Assembly: GCA_905233535.1 (NCBI GenBank) | Contig: CAJOEO010000001.1 | Location: 16,534 to 64,823, forward strand | DNA length: 48,290 nt | DNA from: an uncultured Treponema sp. | Lineage (GTDB): Bacteria; Spirochaetota; Spirochaetia; Treponematales; Treponemataceae | Direction: 5' to 3' | In this document: positions 18,983 through 28,606 of the stretch, piece after piece | Numbering within the stretch: position 1 is the stretch's first letter | Layout of the letters: each line of letters opens with the position of its first letter | Notes under the pieces: model-generated | Told to the model about the DNA's origin: nothing | What the model saw: only the letters and a program-made list of their open reading frames with translations | The model's database searches: none | Translations under genes and position numbers: made by a program

Positions 18983-19372
18983 TTATTTAGAGAACTTAAC
19001 CCACTGTCTGTGAGTTGCCCACTTCATGCCCTTGTCGTCCTTGTAGTATTTTACGCTATCTTTTCTAAGATATTTATAGTTGTAGTAACCATACTGAGTC
19101 TTAAAATCATTAAGACATTCAAGAATTGAATTCATTGCCTCGCCAGAATCGTACGAAACCGCAAGAACAGTGTAATACGCAATCACTTCATCTGTGAGCG
19201 GCGTATACTCCATCTTTATGCTCGCAGTTTTGTTCGTTACATGCTGGTCTTCGGGAACGATTGTTCTCGTAAGGCTATCCTGCGGCGCAGAAAGCAAATC
19301 GCTTGCGTCTTCTGCAACTGCAATTCCTGCAAAGCAGAAAAGCGCGACTGCAGCAGCTAAAAACCTCTTCAT
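18983..19372 (-). CDS. Secreted/periplasmic hypothetical protein
   Basis: Signal peptide MKRFLAAAVALFCFAGIAVA; strong SD GGAGG. Confidence 0.8.
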   Translation of the reverse strand: MKRFLAAAVALFCFAGIAVAEDASDLLSAPQDSLTRTIVPEDQHVTNKTASIKMEYTPLTDEVIAYYTVLAVSYDSGEAMNSILECLNDFKTQYGYYNYKYLRKDSVKYYKDDKGMKWATHRQWVKFSK

Positions 19373-19402
19373 ATTAAGTTCCTCCAAATATTCTGTAATC
19401 GT

Positions 19403-20128
19403 TCAGAATGTTTTGTACTCTATTATTCTATCCGATTCCATGAAAAAATCAAGGGTAACGCGGTATCTTCCAGAATCAATTCCGATAATTGGTGGTTCTC
19501 GCACGATTACTGTTCCAGAAATTTCTTTTGGCTTTGTTTTTATGCGAGTTCTTGCGTATTCGCGGACTGCATTTTTGAGTGCTTCCTCGCTTGCCAAGCG
19601 AATTCCGTCAAAGCCAAACGCGAGTTTTGAAAATCCAACGCCCTTGATTTTTGGGTGCAGAACGCTATTCCAAGAACGAAATCGGTTGATTTGCGACGGC
19701 GTTCTTTGGAATTCGACCCAAACGGAAAGTTTGCCATCCTCTGACCAGGGATTTTTGTAGCCAATTTTTGATTTTTCTTCTTCGGAAAGTTCGTTTATCG
19801 GGGAAAATTCAAAAAATTCTTCCACGCCACGCGCTTTGTCGTAAGGCGTATACGAAAATTTCCAGCCGTAAACCATGCCTTCTACTAAAAACGGTGCGAT
19901 TTCGCGAATTTTTCGGACGGGAACGGAATACCATTCGTCGTTGTCTTTTATTTCGTTCATTGAACGTTCGTGTTCGCCGACGCGCTCGTCAAAATATCCT
20001 GGGTAAACTTCGGTCTGCGCCCAAAGCGAAAATCGAACGCGATTTTCTTGCGATTCTTGCGGTATAAGTGGCACAGAAAAAATCGAGAAAATTATAGAAA
20101 AAATCAGCGTTTGTATGTGTCTTTCCAT
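19403..20128 (-). CDS. Exported hypothetical protein
   Basis: Signal-like N-terminus, GMVYGWKFSYTPYDKARGVEEFFE segment; overlaps the rhomboid stop. Confidence 0.75.
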   Translation of the reverse strand: MERHIQTLIFSIIFSIFSVPLIPQESQENRVRFSLWAQTEVYPGYFDERVGEHERSMNEIKDNDEWYSVPVRKIREIAPFLVEGMVYGWKFSYTPYDKARGVEEFFEFSPINELSEEEKSKIGYKNPWSEDGKLSVWVEFQRTPSQINRFRSWNSVLHPKIKGVGFSKLAFGFDGIRLASEEALKNAVREYARTRIKTKPKEISGTVIVREPPIIGIDSGRYRVTLDFFMESDRIIEYKTF

Positions 20129-20796
20129 ATTTTTATAGGATTTACTCCCATTCTAATCAAAATGTAAAGAAACGCAAATCCAAAGCCCGCCAAATGCGTG
20201 CAGTGTGCTACGTTCGTCGTGCTAGAAAATTGACTGAAAAATTCGATGAATGTGTAAATTACAACGAGCAATGGCGCAGGAACGGGAATTATTCCGTAAA
20301 TGAAAATCCGCGAACTCGGAAAAATCGTTGCGTAGGTGAGCAGAATGCCGTAAATCGCGCCGCTCGCGCCAACGAGTTGATAAAGCCAAGCAACAGGATA
20401 CATGCCTTGAGAGATTTGGAAAAGTCCAAGCGTGTAAAAAAGCGCGACTGAAAAAAGTCCCGCAAAAATTCCTGTAAAAAAATATAAAATCGTGAATTCT
20501 TTTGAGCCTAGTGCTTTTTCCACGGGAATTCCAAAAAATAATAGCGCAATCATGTTAAAAATAAGATGACTCCAGCCGCCGTGGACAAAAAGATACGAAA
20601 CTGGCTGCCAAAACGCACGCGCAAAAATGCCACGCACCGAAAGGGCAAACGCGCTTTCGTCGAGTGGAATTATGACTGTATAACGCAACAACAAAAACGT
20701 CATGCAACAAATTGCAATGACGTACAAAACAACGCGATTATATGAATAGCGAAGCGGTTTTCGAATTTTTGAAAGCAAAAAAAGTTTTAAATCCAT
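20104..20796 (-). CDS. Rhomboid intramembrane serine protease
   Basis: HLIFNM, catalytic GASG and AHxxHLAG. Confidence 0.93.
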   Translation of the reverse strand: MDLKLFLLSKIRKPLRYSYNRVVLYVIAICCMTFLLLRYTVIIPLDESAFALSVRGIFARAFWQPVSYLFVHGGWSHLIFNMIALLFFGIPVEKALGSKEFTILYFFTGIFAGLFSVALFYTLGLFQISQGMYPVAWLYQLVGASGAIYGILLTYATIFPSSRIFIYGIIPVPAPLLVVIYTFIEFFSQFSSTTNVAHCTHLAGFGFAFLYILIRMGVNPIKIWKDTYKR

Positions 20797-20802
20797 TGGA
20801 AT

Positions 20803-21993
20803 TTATTTCGGTAAATTCCCGCTAGAACTCACCGCCGAATCTGCAAAAGTTACGCGATTGCGCCCATTTCGTTTTGAAACATAAAGTGCGCGGTCTGCTT
20901 GTTCAACGAGGATTTTTGGATTTTCTTCGGGATTTTTCACCGAATCGTAAACGGAAACTCCAACGGAAATCGTTACAGTAACGTGGATTGTTTCGTACAA
21001 AAAATCAAACGATTCGATTTTTTCTCGGATTCTCTCCGCAACGTTCATAGCGTTGTCTTTGTCGGAATCGATGAGCATTACGGTAAATTCTTCGCCGCCG
21101 TAACGGGACGCAATGTCGATGTTCCGAATGCTCGACGAAATAAGAGAAGCCACGGTTTTTAGAACAAAATCCCCGCAAGCGTGTCCATAAGTGTCATTGA
21201 ATTTTTTGAAAAAATCGATGTCGAACATTAAAACCGCAAGATTTCCGCCTTCACGCACAACGGATTCGAGTTTTTCGGAAAGCGCGTTGAAAAAATAATA
21301 TTTTAGTTTGAGGTGCGTCATCATGTCGGTGCTTGAACGTTCAATCAAAATCGCGTTGTTTATGGCGATTGCCGCAAGAGATGCGATTTCTAGCGCACGC
21401 GCCTTTTCGTAATCGCTGAAAAGTTCTTCCGCTTCTCCGTTTTCAGGTCCAATTATTATTCTCTCGCCAAAAACTAAAATTCCTTCCAAATGCCCACGTT
21501 GCAAAAGCGGAACGACCAAAGTCGGCTTTAGAGAAGAAAGAACCGCCATATCCATTTGGAGAGTTTCTTCGTCTTCTTCACGACGATTATTTTGAGTTGA
21601 CGACAAAACAGATTCGAGTTCGCCCATTGAATAAACGCGATTTTCTTCCAAAATCGAAGAAAGCGGACTTGCCAAAGAAATTTTGTAATTTAATTCTGGG
21701 TCGAGTTCCAAGCCAACGAAATTTTCGCCGAGTACAAACGAATCGGAATCCATAGATTCGATTAAAAAACAACCCGCCGCTTGCACAAGAAAAAGCGTCA
21801 TGCAACTGTCAAGCATTGCTTGAACTAATTTTGTAAACTCAAGAGTGGAACAAAGAGAACGCGAAATCTCCAAAATTTGCTGTAAATCGTAAATCTGTTT
21901 TTCGCAACTGTCGCGATACGATTTACAAACAAGGTTCGAACAATTTTCACTCGGTAAATCAATGTCAAAAAAAAGATTATTTCGAGTCATCAT
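20803..21993 (-). CDS. Diguanylate cyclase, GAF + GGDEF (treponemal DgcA-like)
   Basis: GAF (LVVPL...LEGIL...AAIAINNA), DIDFFKKFNDTYGHACGD, RxxD I-site RNID, RYGGEEF. Confidence 0.92.
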   Translation of the reverse strand: MMTRNNLFFDIDLPSENCSNLVCKSYRDSCEKQIYDLQQILEISRSLCSTLEFTKLVQAMLDSCMTLFLVQAAGCFLIESMDSDSFVLGENFVGLELDPELNYKISLASPLSSILEENRVYSMGELESVLSSTQNNRREEDEETLQMDMAVLSSLKPTLVVPLLQRGHLEGILVFGERIIIGPENGEAEELFSDYEKARALEIASLAAIAINNAILIERSSTDMMTHLKLKYYFFNALSEKLESVVREGGNLAVLMFDIDFFKKFNDTYGHACGDFVLKTVASLISSSIRNIDIASRYGGEEFTVMLIDSDKDNAMNVAERIREKIESFDFLYETIHVTVTISVGVSVYDSVKNPEENPKILVEQADRALYVSKRNGRNRVTFADSAVSSSGNLPK

Positions 21994-23563
21994 CTAAATC
22001 CCCAATGATTGCGTAGTTCTTCATAATTTTGAGGAACGTCTTCCATGCGCCGTGCTGTTGCTCAAGAATGCCTGAGCCGTCGCGATTTCTTGTAGAGGAC
22101 ATTAGAACTTTTATATTTGAAATTAGGTCGCTTTTTGATTTTTTTGCGTCCACAACTAATTCGCCAATGTGTTTGTACAAATTAAATAGATTTTTGCTTT
22201 CTTCTTGAATTATTGCGTGCGCCTGCGCGTTTATGCCGTTTACAATATTTCCAAGAAGTTTGATAAAACTTGGGTCGTTTGTTGCATCTCCGATAACCCC
22301 AAGAAGATTCGCTTCGTCGTTTTTCGCTCCGTGTTCAAACGATTTTTCAAACGCTTCAAGTCGTCCTGGGATTTCGTTACAAGCATAAACGAGCGTCGAA
22401 AATTCCGTTTTGTACGCAGGATTTGAAAAAAATCCTTCAATAACAATGTTGTTGAGAACAGTTCGCACTGCTTCAGAAAAATACATATTGAGAAACGTTT
22501 TCATAGTCTGAAGAGGCGTGAGCCACTCAAACGAGAACGGCGAGCAGTTTCGGATTTTGTCGTTTATCGCAGAATTGTACGTTTTGAATTCCAAAAGCGG
22601 GGCTTCACCAAAAAGTTCGCGCAGTTCAAACGAAATCGTGTAATCTTTTATTTCGGTTTTAATTCGATTTTCGTCCGCATCAAATCGTCCTTGCATATAA
22701 TCCAAAAACTTTTGAATCGAACCGCCTTGATAAGTCGCGATTTTTGGCTTAAAACTTGGGTCTTTTTTTGCAACGCAAATGACTTTTCTTAAAGTTTCGC
22801 CGTCGAGTTTTTTTGAAAGAATCGTGCTGATTTTTTTAATATTTTCCGTCAAAGAATCCGCGCGTTCTTTTGTTAAAGGTGCGCCAGTTTTTAATTGCGC
22901 AAGCGCGAGAACCGCCCGCACAACCGACGAATTAAGCGACAAATTCGCCGTGATGTAGTAAAGGTCTTGCAAAAACGCGCTAATGCTTTCTGGAGAAACG
23001 GCACGCGCGGCAACGAGCGACGGTGAAACGCCCGCGTATCCTGGGTCAAATGCGTTTATTATGTTCAAATAATTGAAACGGCAAACGTCAGAAAGTTGCT
23101 GAATTTTTGAAAGAGTTTCGTCGATTTTCTTGAATTCAGGTCGTTCCAAAAGATGCATAATTTCCGAAAAACTCCGACGTTGAAGTTCAAATTGTTGATT
23201 CATCGTCAAATTCGACGTTTCCACCGCGTCTTTTCGGTTTTCGTAACTCAACTTTTCGAGTTTTTTCTGCGTTGCTTCGTCAAATCCTGTAAGAATCAAC
23301 TGACTTTCAAATTTACTATTCATAAGAACGTCAGAACTTCTAACAGTAACGCTAAGCACGTCCTCTACGGGCTTTGTGTTTTCGTAGAGAATTCGGAAAA
23401 ACTCGGCGAAATTCGGCTGAAGCATCTCGCTTTTGTAAATTTGCGGCACGCGGGAACGCAAATCGGATTCGATTTTTCGCAATTCTTGCCTTTTTTTTAC
23501 TTCTGGAGATGAAGCCTTGAATATGGACTCAAAAAATTCTTTCAGCGTCTGAATGAAACCCAT
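21977..23563 (-). CDS. Large helical hypothetical protein (DUF5312-like)
   Basis: 528-aa helical ORF overlapping the GGDEF start; family assignment from memory only. Confidence 0.65.
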   Translation of the reverse strand: MGFIQTLKEFFESIFKASSPEVKKRQELRKIESDLRSRVPQIYKSEMLQPNFAEFFRILYENTKPVEDVLSVTVRSSDVLMNSKFESQLILTGFDEATQKKLEKLSYENRKDAVETSNLTMNQQFELQRRSFSEIMHLLERPEFKKIDETLSKIQQLSDVCRFNYLNIINAFDPGYAGVSPSLVAARAVSPESISAFLQDLYYITANLSLNSSVVRAVLALAQLKTGAPLTKERADSLTENIKKISTILSKKLDGETLRKVICVAKKDPSFKPKIATYQGGSIQKFLDYMQGRFDADENRIKTEIKDYTISFELRELFGEAPLLEFKTYNSAINDKIRNCSPFSFEWLTPLQTMKTFLNMYFSEAVRTVLNNIVIEGFFSNPAYKTEFSTLVYACNEIPGRLEAFEKSFEHGAKNDEANLLGVIGDATNDPSFIKLLGNIVNGINAQAHAIIQEESKNLFNLYKHIGELVVDAKKSKSDLISNIKVLMSSTRNRDGSGILEQQHGAWKTFLKIMKNYAIIGDLDDDSK

Positions 23564-23631
23564 GATTTTTCATTCTAGTTGAAAAACGCGGGATTTACAA
23601 CAAAAGTTTGTTTAACAATTTTCAACGTTGA

Positions 23632-24651
23632 TTAAAGCCACTCGGAAAAAATTTCTTTGTAATCTGAAACGCTGGACGCTTGCACAATTTTTTGGCGCAA
23701 AACCGCACTTCCGTTGATTCCTTTGGCGTAGGCGCAAAATCTTTTTCGAGCCTCCAAACACGCGCCTTTTTCGCCCACGTCTTCCACCAAAAGCGAAAGT
23801 TCGCGAAAACCCGCGCGGATTTTTTCTGAAAACGGAATTTCTAAATCTTCGCCCGTTTGCAAAAATCTTTTTGTCCGCGTAAAAATGAACGGATTTCCCA
23901 TCGCGCCACGCGCAAACATTACGCCGTCGCAATTTGTGGATTCCAACATTCGCTTTGCGTCCTGCGGAGAAAAAAGGTCGCCAGAGCCAAAAACGGGGAT
24001 TTTTCCGTCCGTTTTTTCGTGAACGAGATTTGCAAGCGACGAAAGAAGATTCCAATCGGCTTTGCCTTCGTAGCCTTGCGAGCGCGTTCGAGCGTGGAGC
24101 GTAATCGCAGCCGCGCCCGCGCTAATTGCAGCCTCCGCCGCTTCGCGCCAAGAAAGATGTTCAAAATCCCAACCCGAACGGATTTTCACCGTAACTGGAA
24201 CGAAAGGTCGCGGTGAAGATTTTACGCTTTCCACAACCGCACGAACCACACTAAAAAGTCGGTCAACGTCGCGCGTTAGCGCGCTCCCCGAACCAGTTTT
24301 TACAATTTTTGGAACAGGGCAACCGCAATTTATGTCGATGCAATCTGCGTCAGTCGTTTCGATTACGATTTTTGCAGCCCTCGCCATAACGTCTTCTTTT
24401 CCGCCAAAAATCTGCACGGCGTATTTTTTTTCGTTTGGCGCACGACGCATTAAAATTTCCGTTTTTAGATTATTCCTCGAAAGAGCCTCCGCGCTGACCA
24501 TTTCCGTGTACGAAAAATCCGCACCGCAATCCGCACAAATCGAACGGAATGCGCGGTCGGAATATCCAGCGACGGGGGCAAGAAAAAGATTTCCATCAAG
24601 GGAAAGCGAGCCAATTTTTACAGAATGATAAAGCAAATCGTTTTTTTCCAT
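23632..24651 (-). CDS. dusB: tRNA-dihydrouridine synthase B (NifR3 family)
   Basis: LAPVAG, YTEMVS, DINCGCPVPKI, VTVKIRSGW, HAR, GDLFS, ARGAMGNPFIF; start just after the tatD stop. Confidence 0.93.
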   Translation of the reverse strand: MEKNDLLYHSVKIGSLSLDGNLFLAPVAGYSDRAFRSICADCGADFSYTEMVSAEALSRNNLKTEILMRRAPNEKKYAVQIFGGKEDVMARAAKIVIETTDADCIDINCGCPVPKIVKTGSGSALTRDVDRLFSVVRAVVESVKSSPRPFVPVTVKIRSGWDFEHLSWREAAEAAISAGAAAITLHARTRSQGYEGKADWNLLSSLANLVHEKTDGKIPVFGSGDLFSPQDAKRMLESTNCDGVMFARGAMGNPFIFTRTKRFLQTGEDLEIPFSEKIRAGFRELSLLVEDVGEKGACLEARKRFCAYAKGINGSAVLRQKIVQASSVSDYKEIFSEWL

Positions 24652-24653
24652 AT

Positions 24654-25436
24654 TTATTCGGGCAAACGGAAAATCTTGCAACTATTTTTCCAAATTTGAG
24701 GAGCGAGTTCTTCTAGCGGAATTTCTAGCATTTCGGAAAGAAATCGCGCCGTATGAACGATGTACGCTGGCATTGTTCGCTTTTTCTCTTTGACTTTTGC
24801 AGGAATCATAAACGGACTTTCGGTTTCCAACAAAATTCTATCCAACGGAATATTCAAAACGGTTTCATGTAAATTCCGCGCGTTTTTGTAAGTAAGATTT
24901 CCCGCAAACGAAAAATAAACGTTCAAACCCGCGTTAAGACAAGCCTTTGCGTATTTTGCGTCTTCGTCGTAACAATGAAGAATCGCGCCCGCTGGCGGAA
25001 TTTTTTCCTTTAGAATATTAAAAACGTCCGCGCCCGCATTTCGATTGTGAATTATGACTGGCAAATCGAATTTTCGCGCAATTTCAAGTTGAGTAATAAA
25101 AAGTTCAATTTGACTTCGTTTGTTTCCAAATTGCTTAAAATAATCCAAACCAGTTTCGCCGATTGCAACGACGTTTGGCAATTTTGCACTAGATTCGATT
25201 GTAGAAATCCAATTTTGACCAGGATTCATAACCTCAACGGGAGCAACGCCAACCGCATGATAAACCCACGGAATCGGCTTTAAAACGGGATAGACTTTCT
25301 TAAAATCGCGAAGACTATTATTTATGCTAACGATTCGCGCCACGCCAGCAACTTTTGCTTGCTGAACAACGCGAATTTGCTCGACAGAATCCTCGTAAAT
25401 AAGACCGAGGTGAGCGTGAGTATCAAAAAATTGCAT
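24654..25436 (-). CDS. tatD: TatD-family nuclease
   Basis: DTHAH, AIGETGLDY, IIHNR, ILHC, LLETESPF. Confidence 0.9.
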   Translation of the reverse strand: MQFFDTHAHLGLIYEDSVEQIRVVQQAKVAGVARIVSINNSLRDFKKVYPVLKPIPWVYHAVGVAPVEVMNPGQNWISTIESSAKLPNVVAIGETGLDYFKQFGNKRSQIELFITQLEIARKFDLPVIIHNRNAGADVFNILKEKIPPAGAILHCYDEDAKYAKACLNAGLNVYFSFAGNLTYKNARNLHETVLNIPLDRILLETESPFMIPAKVKEKKRTMPAYIVHTARFLSEMLEIPLEELAPQIWKNSCKIFRLPE

Positions 25437-25506
25437 ATTTTCGTTCCGTTATTTTTAGCTCTGGTGGTTACGCGGTACAAAAAGAACCACCCCGACAAGA
25501 CGGCTT

Positions 25507-25536
25507 AGAATAACACAAACAGAATTCTTCTGTCAA
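25507..25536 (-). promoter_or_regulatory. Sigma70 promoter for tatD-dusB
   Basis: TTGACA-18-TATTCT with extended TG. Confidence 0.6.
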
Positions 25537-25549
25537 TTTTTATATGAAC

Positions 25550-25640
25550 TGAAAATTTATCGTATTTTTGCCGATAATAAACTAGATAATTGTGAAAAAT
25601 ATTCGCTAGTTTGACTATTTTCATTTATATATGGTAGTAT
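25550..25640 (+). promoter_or_regulatory. Tandem sigma28-like and sigma70-like promoters of the M23-bactofilin operon
   Basis: TGAA-N16-GCCGATAA (25550-25577); TTGACT-18-TAGTAT (25611-25640). Confidence 0.5.
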
Positions 25641-25665
25641 TCTGAAAAAAAAGTGGGGTGCTAGA

Positions 25666-26694
25666 TTGGCAAAGGCACGACATTACAAACGGCTAGAAAA
25701 AAACGCGATTTCATCACTTGCAAACCTTGCACAGCGCGTTTTTGCGCTTTTTGGCAGGGGAATACTAAGATTTTTTCGAGCGTGCGATAGCAAACTCACA
25801 ATTATGGTTGTTCCGCATTCGCGGGGAAAAGTTGTAAATTTTCAAACTAACGTATTCGCACTTGTATTTGGAATTGTACTCGTCATTGGAATAGTTGCAT
25901 CGTTTATTTATTTTAAGCGACAAGATTCAGGAATCCGCGAGGAACTTGCAAACGCAACAAAAGAAAACCGCGAACTTTTGGCAAGTTTTGACGAATTACG
26001 CGACGAAAACAACAACGTTCTTCAATCTGCAAAACGATTTAAATCGTCGCTTTCGCAAACGCTTTCTCTTTTGGGAATTAGTCAATCAAAAACAATCGCA
26101 AACAACACAAATTCTGACAGCGATTTGAATTCGCTTTTTGAAACGCAAGAAACCGCGTCAGGATTAACAAAAGAAGTCGCCGACATGAAGCAACTTTCTT
26201 CGTTTTTGGAAGATTCTATTCAACCAATCGAACAAATCGGAAAAATGCTCGAAAATCAAGAATCGCTTTTTACGGACATTCCAAACATTTGGCCAATAAA
26301 AGGCGGAATCGGGCATATTTCGCAACATTTTGGACAAAATCGCCACCCGATTTCTGGAGTTTGGTACATTCACAAAGGACTTGATATTTCGACGTTCCGT
26401 TCTGGCGACCCGATTATGGCAACGGCAAATGGTCAGGTTGTTACAGTTGCTTATGATTCTGGGTTCGGAAATTATGTTATCATAAAACACAAACACGGAA
26501 TGTATACACGATATTGCCACATGTCAACGGTAAAAGTAAAAAAAGGGCAATTTGTTAGCCAACGCGATATAATAGGCACGATTGGAAATACAGGACTTTC
26601 AACTGGTCCGCATTTACATTATGAGATTCATATAGGTTCTGACGTTGTAGACCCAGCGCAATATGTCAACGTAAAATTGACGAATACAAAATAA
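25666..26694 (+). CDS. M23 family metallopeptidase with TM and coiled coil
   Basis: HKGLD, GFGNYV, YCHM, GNTGLSTGPHLHYE. Confidence 0.93.
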   Translation: MAKARHYKRLEKNAISSLANLAQRVFALFGRGILRFFRACDSKLTIMVVPHSRGKVVNFQTNVFALVFGIVLVIGIVASFIYFKRQDSGIREELANATKENRELLASFDELRDENNNVLQSAKRFKSSLSQTLSLLGISQSKTIANNTNSDSDLNSLFETQETASGLTKEVADMKQLSSFLEDSIQPIEQIGKMLENQESLFTDIPNIWPIKGGIGHISQHFGQNRHPISGVWYIHKGLDISTFRSGDPIMATANGQVVTVAYDSGFGNYVIIKHKHGMYTRYCHMSTVKVKKGQFVSQRDIIGTIGNTGLSTGPHLHYEIHIGSDVVDPAQYVNVKLTNTK

Positions 26695-26695
26695 T

Positions 26696-27133
26696 ATGGG
26701 ATTTTTAACGGACAATACTTCAATAAACACGATTCTCGGCGAAGGCTCGTCGTTCCGCGAAAGCATAAAAGTAAACGGAAACATGCGAGTTGAGGGCGAC
26801 ATTGATGGAAGTGTTGACGCAACGGGAAATATTTTTGTTGGAGAACGTGCAAGAATCCGCGGAAACGTTACAGCGGGTAGCGCGGAAATCTACGGAATTG
26901 TAATTGGCGACGTGTTTGCGCCAGAGTTTGTAAAACTTCTTTCAACGGCGACCGTTTTGGGCGACATCTGCACAAAAAAAGTCAGAATAGACGATAAAGC
27001 AATTTTTCATGGGCATTGCATTTCTCACAAAGACGAGGTGGAATTTGAAAACGCGCAAAACGCTTCGCAAACACAGCGAAGCGTCCTCGATTCATTGGTA
27101 AAAAGAAACGACTTAACAAAGAAGGACGAATAA
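26696..27133 (+). CDS. Bactofilin (CcmA family polymer-forming cytoskeletal protein)
   Basis: TILGEG...MRVEGDIDG...IRGNV...VIGDV...VLGDI...AIFHG beta-helix repeats. Confidence 0.9.
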   Translation: MGFLTDNTSINTILGEGSSFRESIKVNGNMRVEGDIDGSVDATGNIFVGERARIRGNVTAGSAEIYGIVIGDVFAPEFVKLLSTATVLGDICTKKVRIDDKAIFHGHCISHKDEVEFENAQNASQTQRSVLDSLVKRNDLTKKDE

Positions 27134-27672
27134 TGGGAGTCGATTCAGTTTCCGTTTCAAGTCAATCGTTGTATTTTCAGGCGGCGCAAGCGGCGGGGCA
27201 ACAAGCCACAATGCAAGCAAAAAAAGAAGAAAAAACGAGCGGCGTTCGGCGTTCTTTTGCGGACACGTTAAAAAAATCAAAAGAAGAAGCGCAACTTCTT
27301 GCCGACGGATTTCCCGTGGAAATTGCGGGAATGGACGAAGAAAGCGCGATTGTTTTTCTAAAAGACGCGGCGGACATTGCAGGCGACGCGCTCAAAGAAA
27401 ATCAAACGTATGAAAATATTTCGAATTATCGAACAAAAATTGGACAATTTCTGAAATATGTAGAACGCAACAATTTTGAGGTTTTGGAAAAACGTCGATT
27501 TGGACGGAATAGACGCGGGCGGGTTCTGCCACCGTATCATCAGATTCGTATAATAAATCAAAAACTCGATAATCTTGTATCTGATATGTTATATAATCAT
27601 AGTAGAAACATTAATATTCTAGCAAGAATCGAAGAATTAAATGGGCTTATAGTGGATTTACTCGCAGGATAA
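27133..27672 (+). CDS. YaaR/DUF327 family protein
   Basis: YRTKIGQFL, INQKLDNL, C-terminal ILARIEELNGLIVDL. Confidence 0.8.
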   Translation: MGVDSVSVSSQSLYFQAAQAAGQQATMQAKKEEKTSGVRRSFADTLKKSKEEAQLLADGFPVEIAGMDEESAIVFLKDAADIAGDALKENQTYENISNYRTKIGQFLKYVERNNFEVLEKRRFGRNRRGRVLPPYHQIRIINQKLDNLVSDMLYNHSRNINILARIEELNGLIVDLLAG

Positions 27673-27680
27673 GAGAAAAT

Positions 27681-28604
27681 ATGAGCGATATATTTGAACA
27701 GGACTACGAAGAAAACGAAGATATTTCGGAATTAGAAGACAACGAAATCGAAAAATCGCACAAATACGAAAAAGAACAATTTGTATATCAAGGAAATCTT
27801 TGCTATGCGCGAATTGAATACTCAAAAGAAGGCGTTTTCGTTTCGCAAGGCGCGTTTTCTCCAAAAAAAGGCGACAAAATAATAATTCAAACGCGATACG
27901 GAAAAGACGTTGCGATTTTTATGGGAAAAATCAACGCGCCGATTGGCATAAAAAAAACAGAAATCATAAAAATTGAACGAATTGCCACAAAAGAAGACGT
28001 TGCGCGTTACAAAGAATTTTCTGTGAAAGAAGCCGAAGCGTTTGAGATTTTCAAAGAAAGGGCGGCTCTGCACAAACTCGAAATGAAATTAATTGCGACG
28101 CATTTTTTGATTGACGAGCCGAAAGCACTTTTCTTTTTTACAAGCGAATCGCGCGTAGATTTTCGCGAACTTGTAAAAGATTTAGTTTCGATTTTTAAAA
28201 TGCGAATTGAACTTAGACAAATCGGCGTGCGCGACGAAAGCCGAATAATTGGGGGCTTGGGCATTTGCGGTCGTCCGTATTGTTGCCACGCAATAAGCGA
28301 TAGACTTCCGCCTGTTTCAATTAAAATGGCAAAAGAACAAGGTCTTTCGCTAAATTCCATGAAAATCAGCGGACAATGCGGAAGACTTCTTTGCTGTCTT
28401 TCTTACGAAAATAATTGGTATGCGGAGGCGAGAAAAAAACTTCCCGCCGAGGGCGTTCACATTATTTTTGAAGAAGTCGGTTTTAGAATAACAGACGTGA
28501 ACCAGCTAACGCAAACCATCACGATGCTTGGCGAAGACGGAAGATTGCTGGAAATTCCTGCAAAACGATTTATTCGGGAAAACGGCAAATGGAAAATCGT
28601 TTAA
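27681..28604 (+). CDS. PSP1/YaaT (RicT) family protein
   Basis: RVDFRELVKDL, RIELRQIGVRDE, GICGRPYCC, KISGQCGRLLCCLSYE. Confidence 0.93.
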   Translation: MSDIFEQDYEENEDISELEDNEIEKSHKYEKEQFVYQGNLCYARIEYSKEGVFVSQGAFSPKKGDKIIIQTRYGKDVAIFMGKINAPIGIKKTEIIKIERIATKEDVARYKEFSVKEAEAFEIFKERAALHKLEMKLIATHFLIDEPKALFFFTSESRVDFRELVKDLVSIFKMRIELRQIGVRDESRIIGGLGICGRPYCCHAISDRLPPVSIKMAKEQGLSLNSMKISGQCGRLLCCLSYENNWYAEARKKLPAEGVHIIFEEVGFRITDVNQLTQTITMLGEDGRLLEIPAKRFIRENGKWKIV

Positions 28605-28606
28605 AA

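Noticed and set aside
25463-25491. GGTGGTT...AACCACC hairpin in the tatD leader as another REP copy or riboswitch
   Set aside because: Only the 7-bp stem matches; the loop is unrelated and there is no recognisable aptamer
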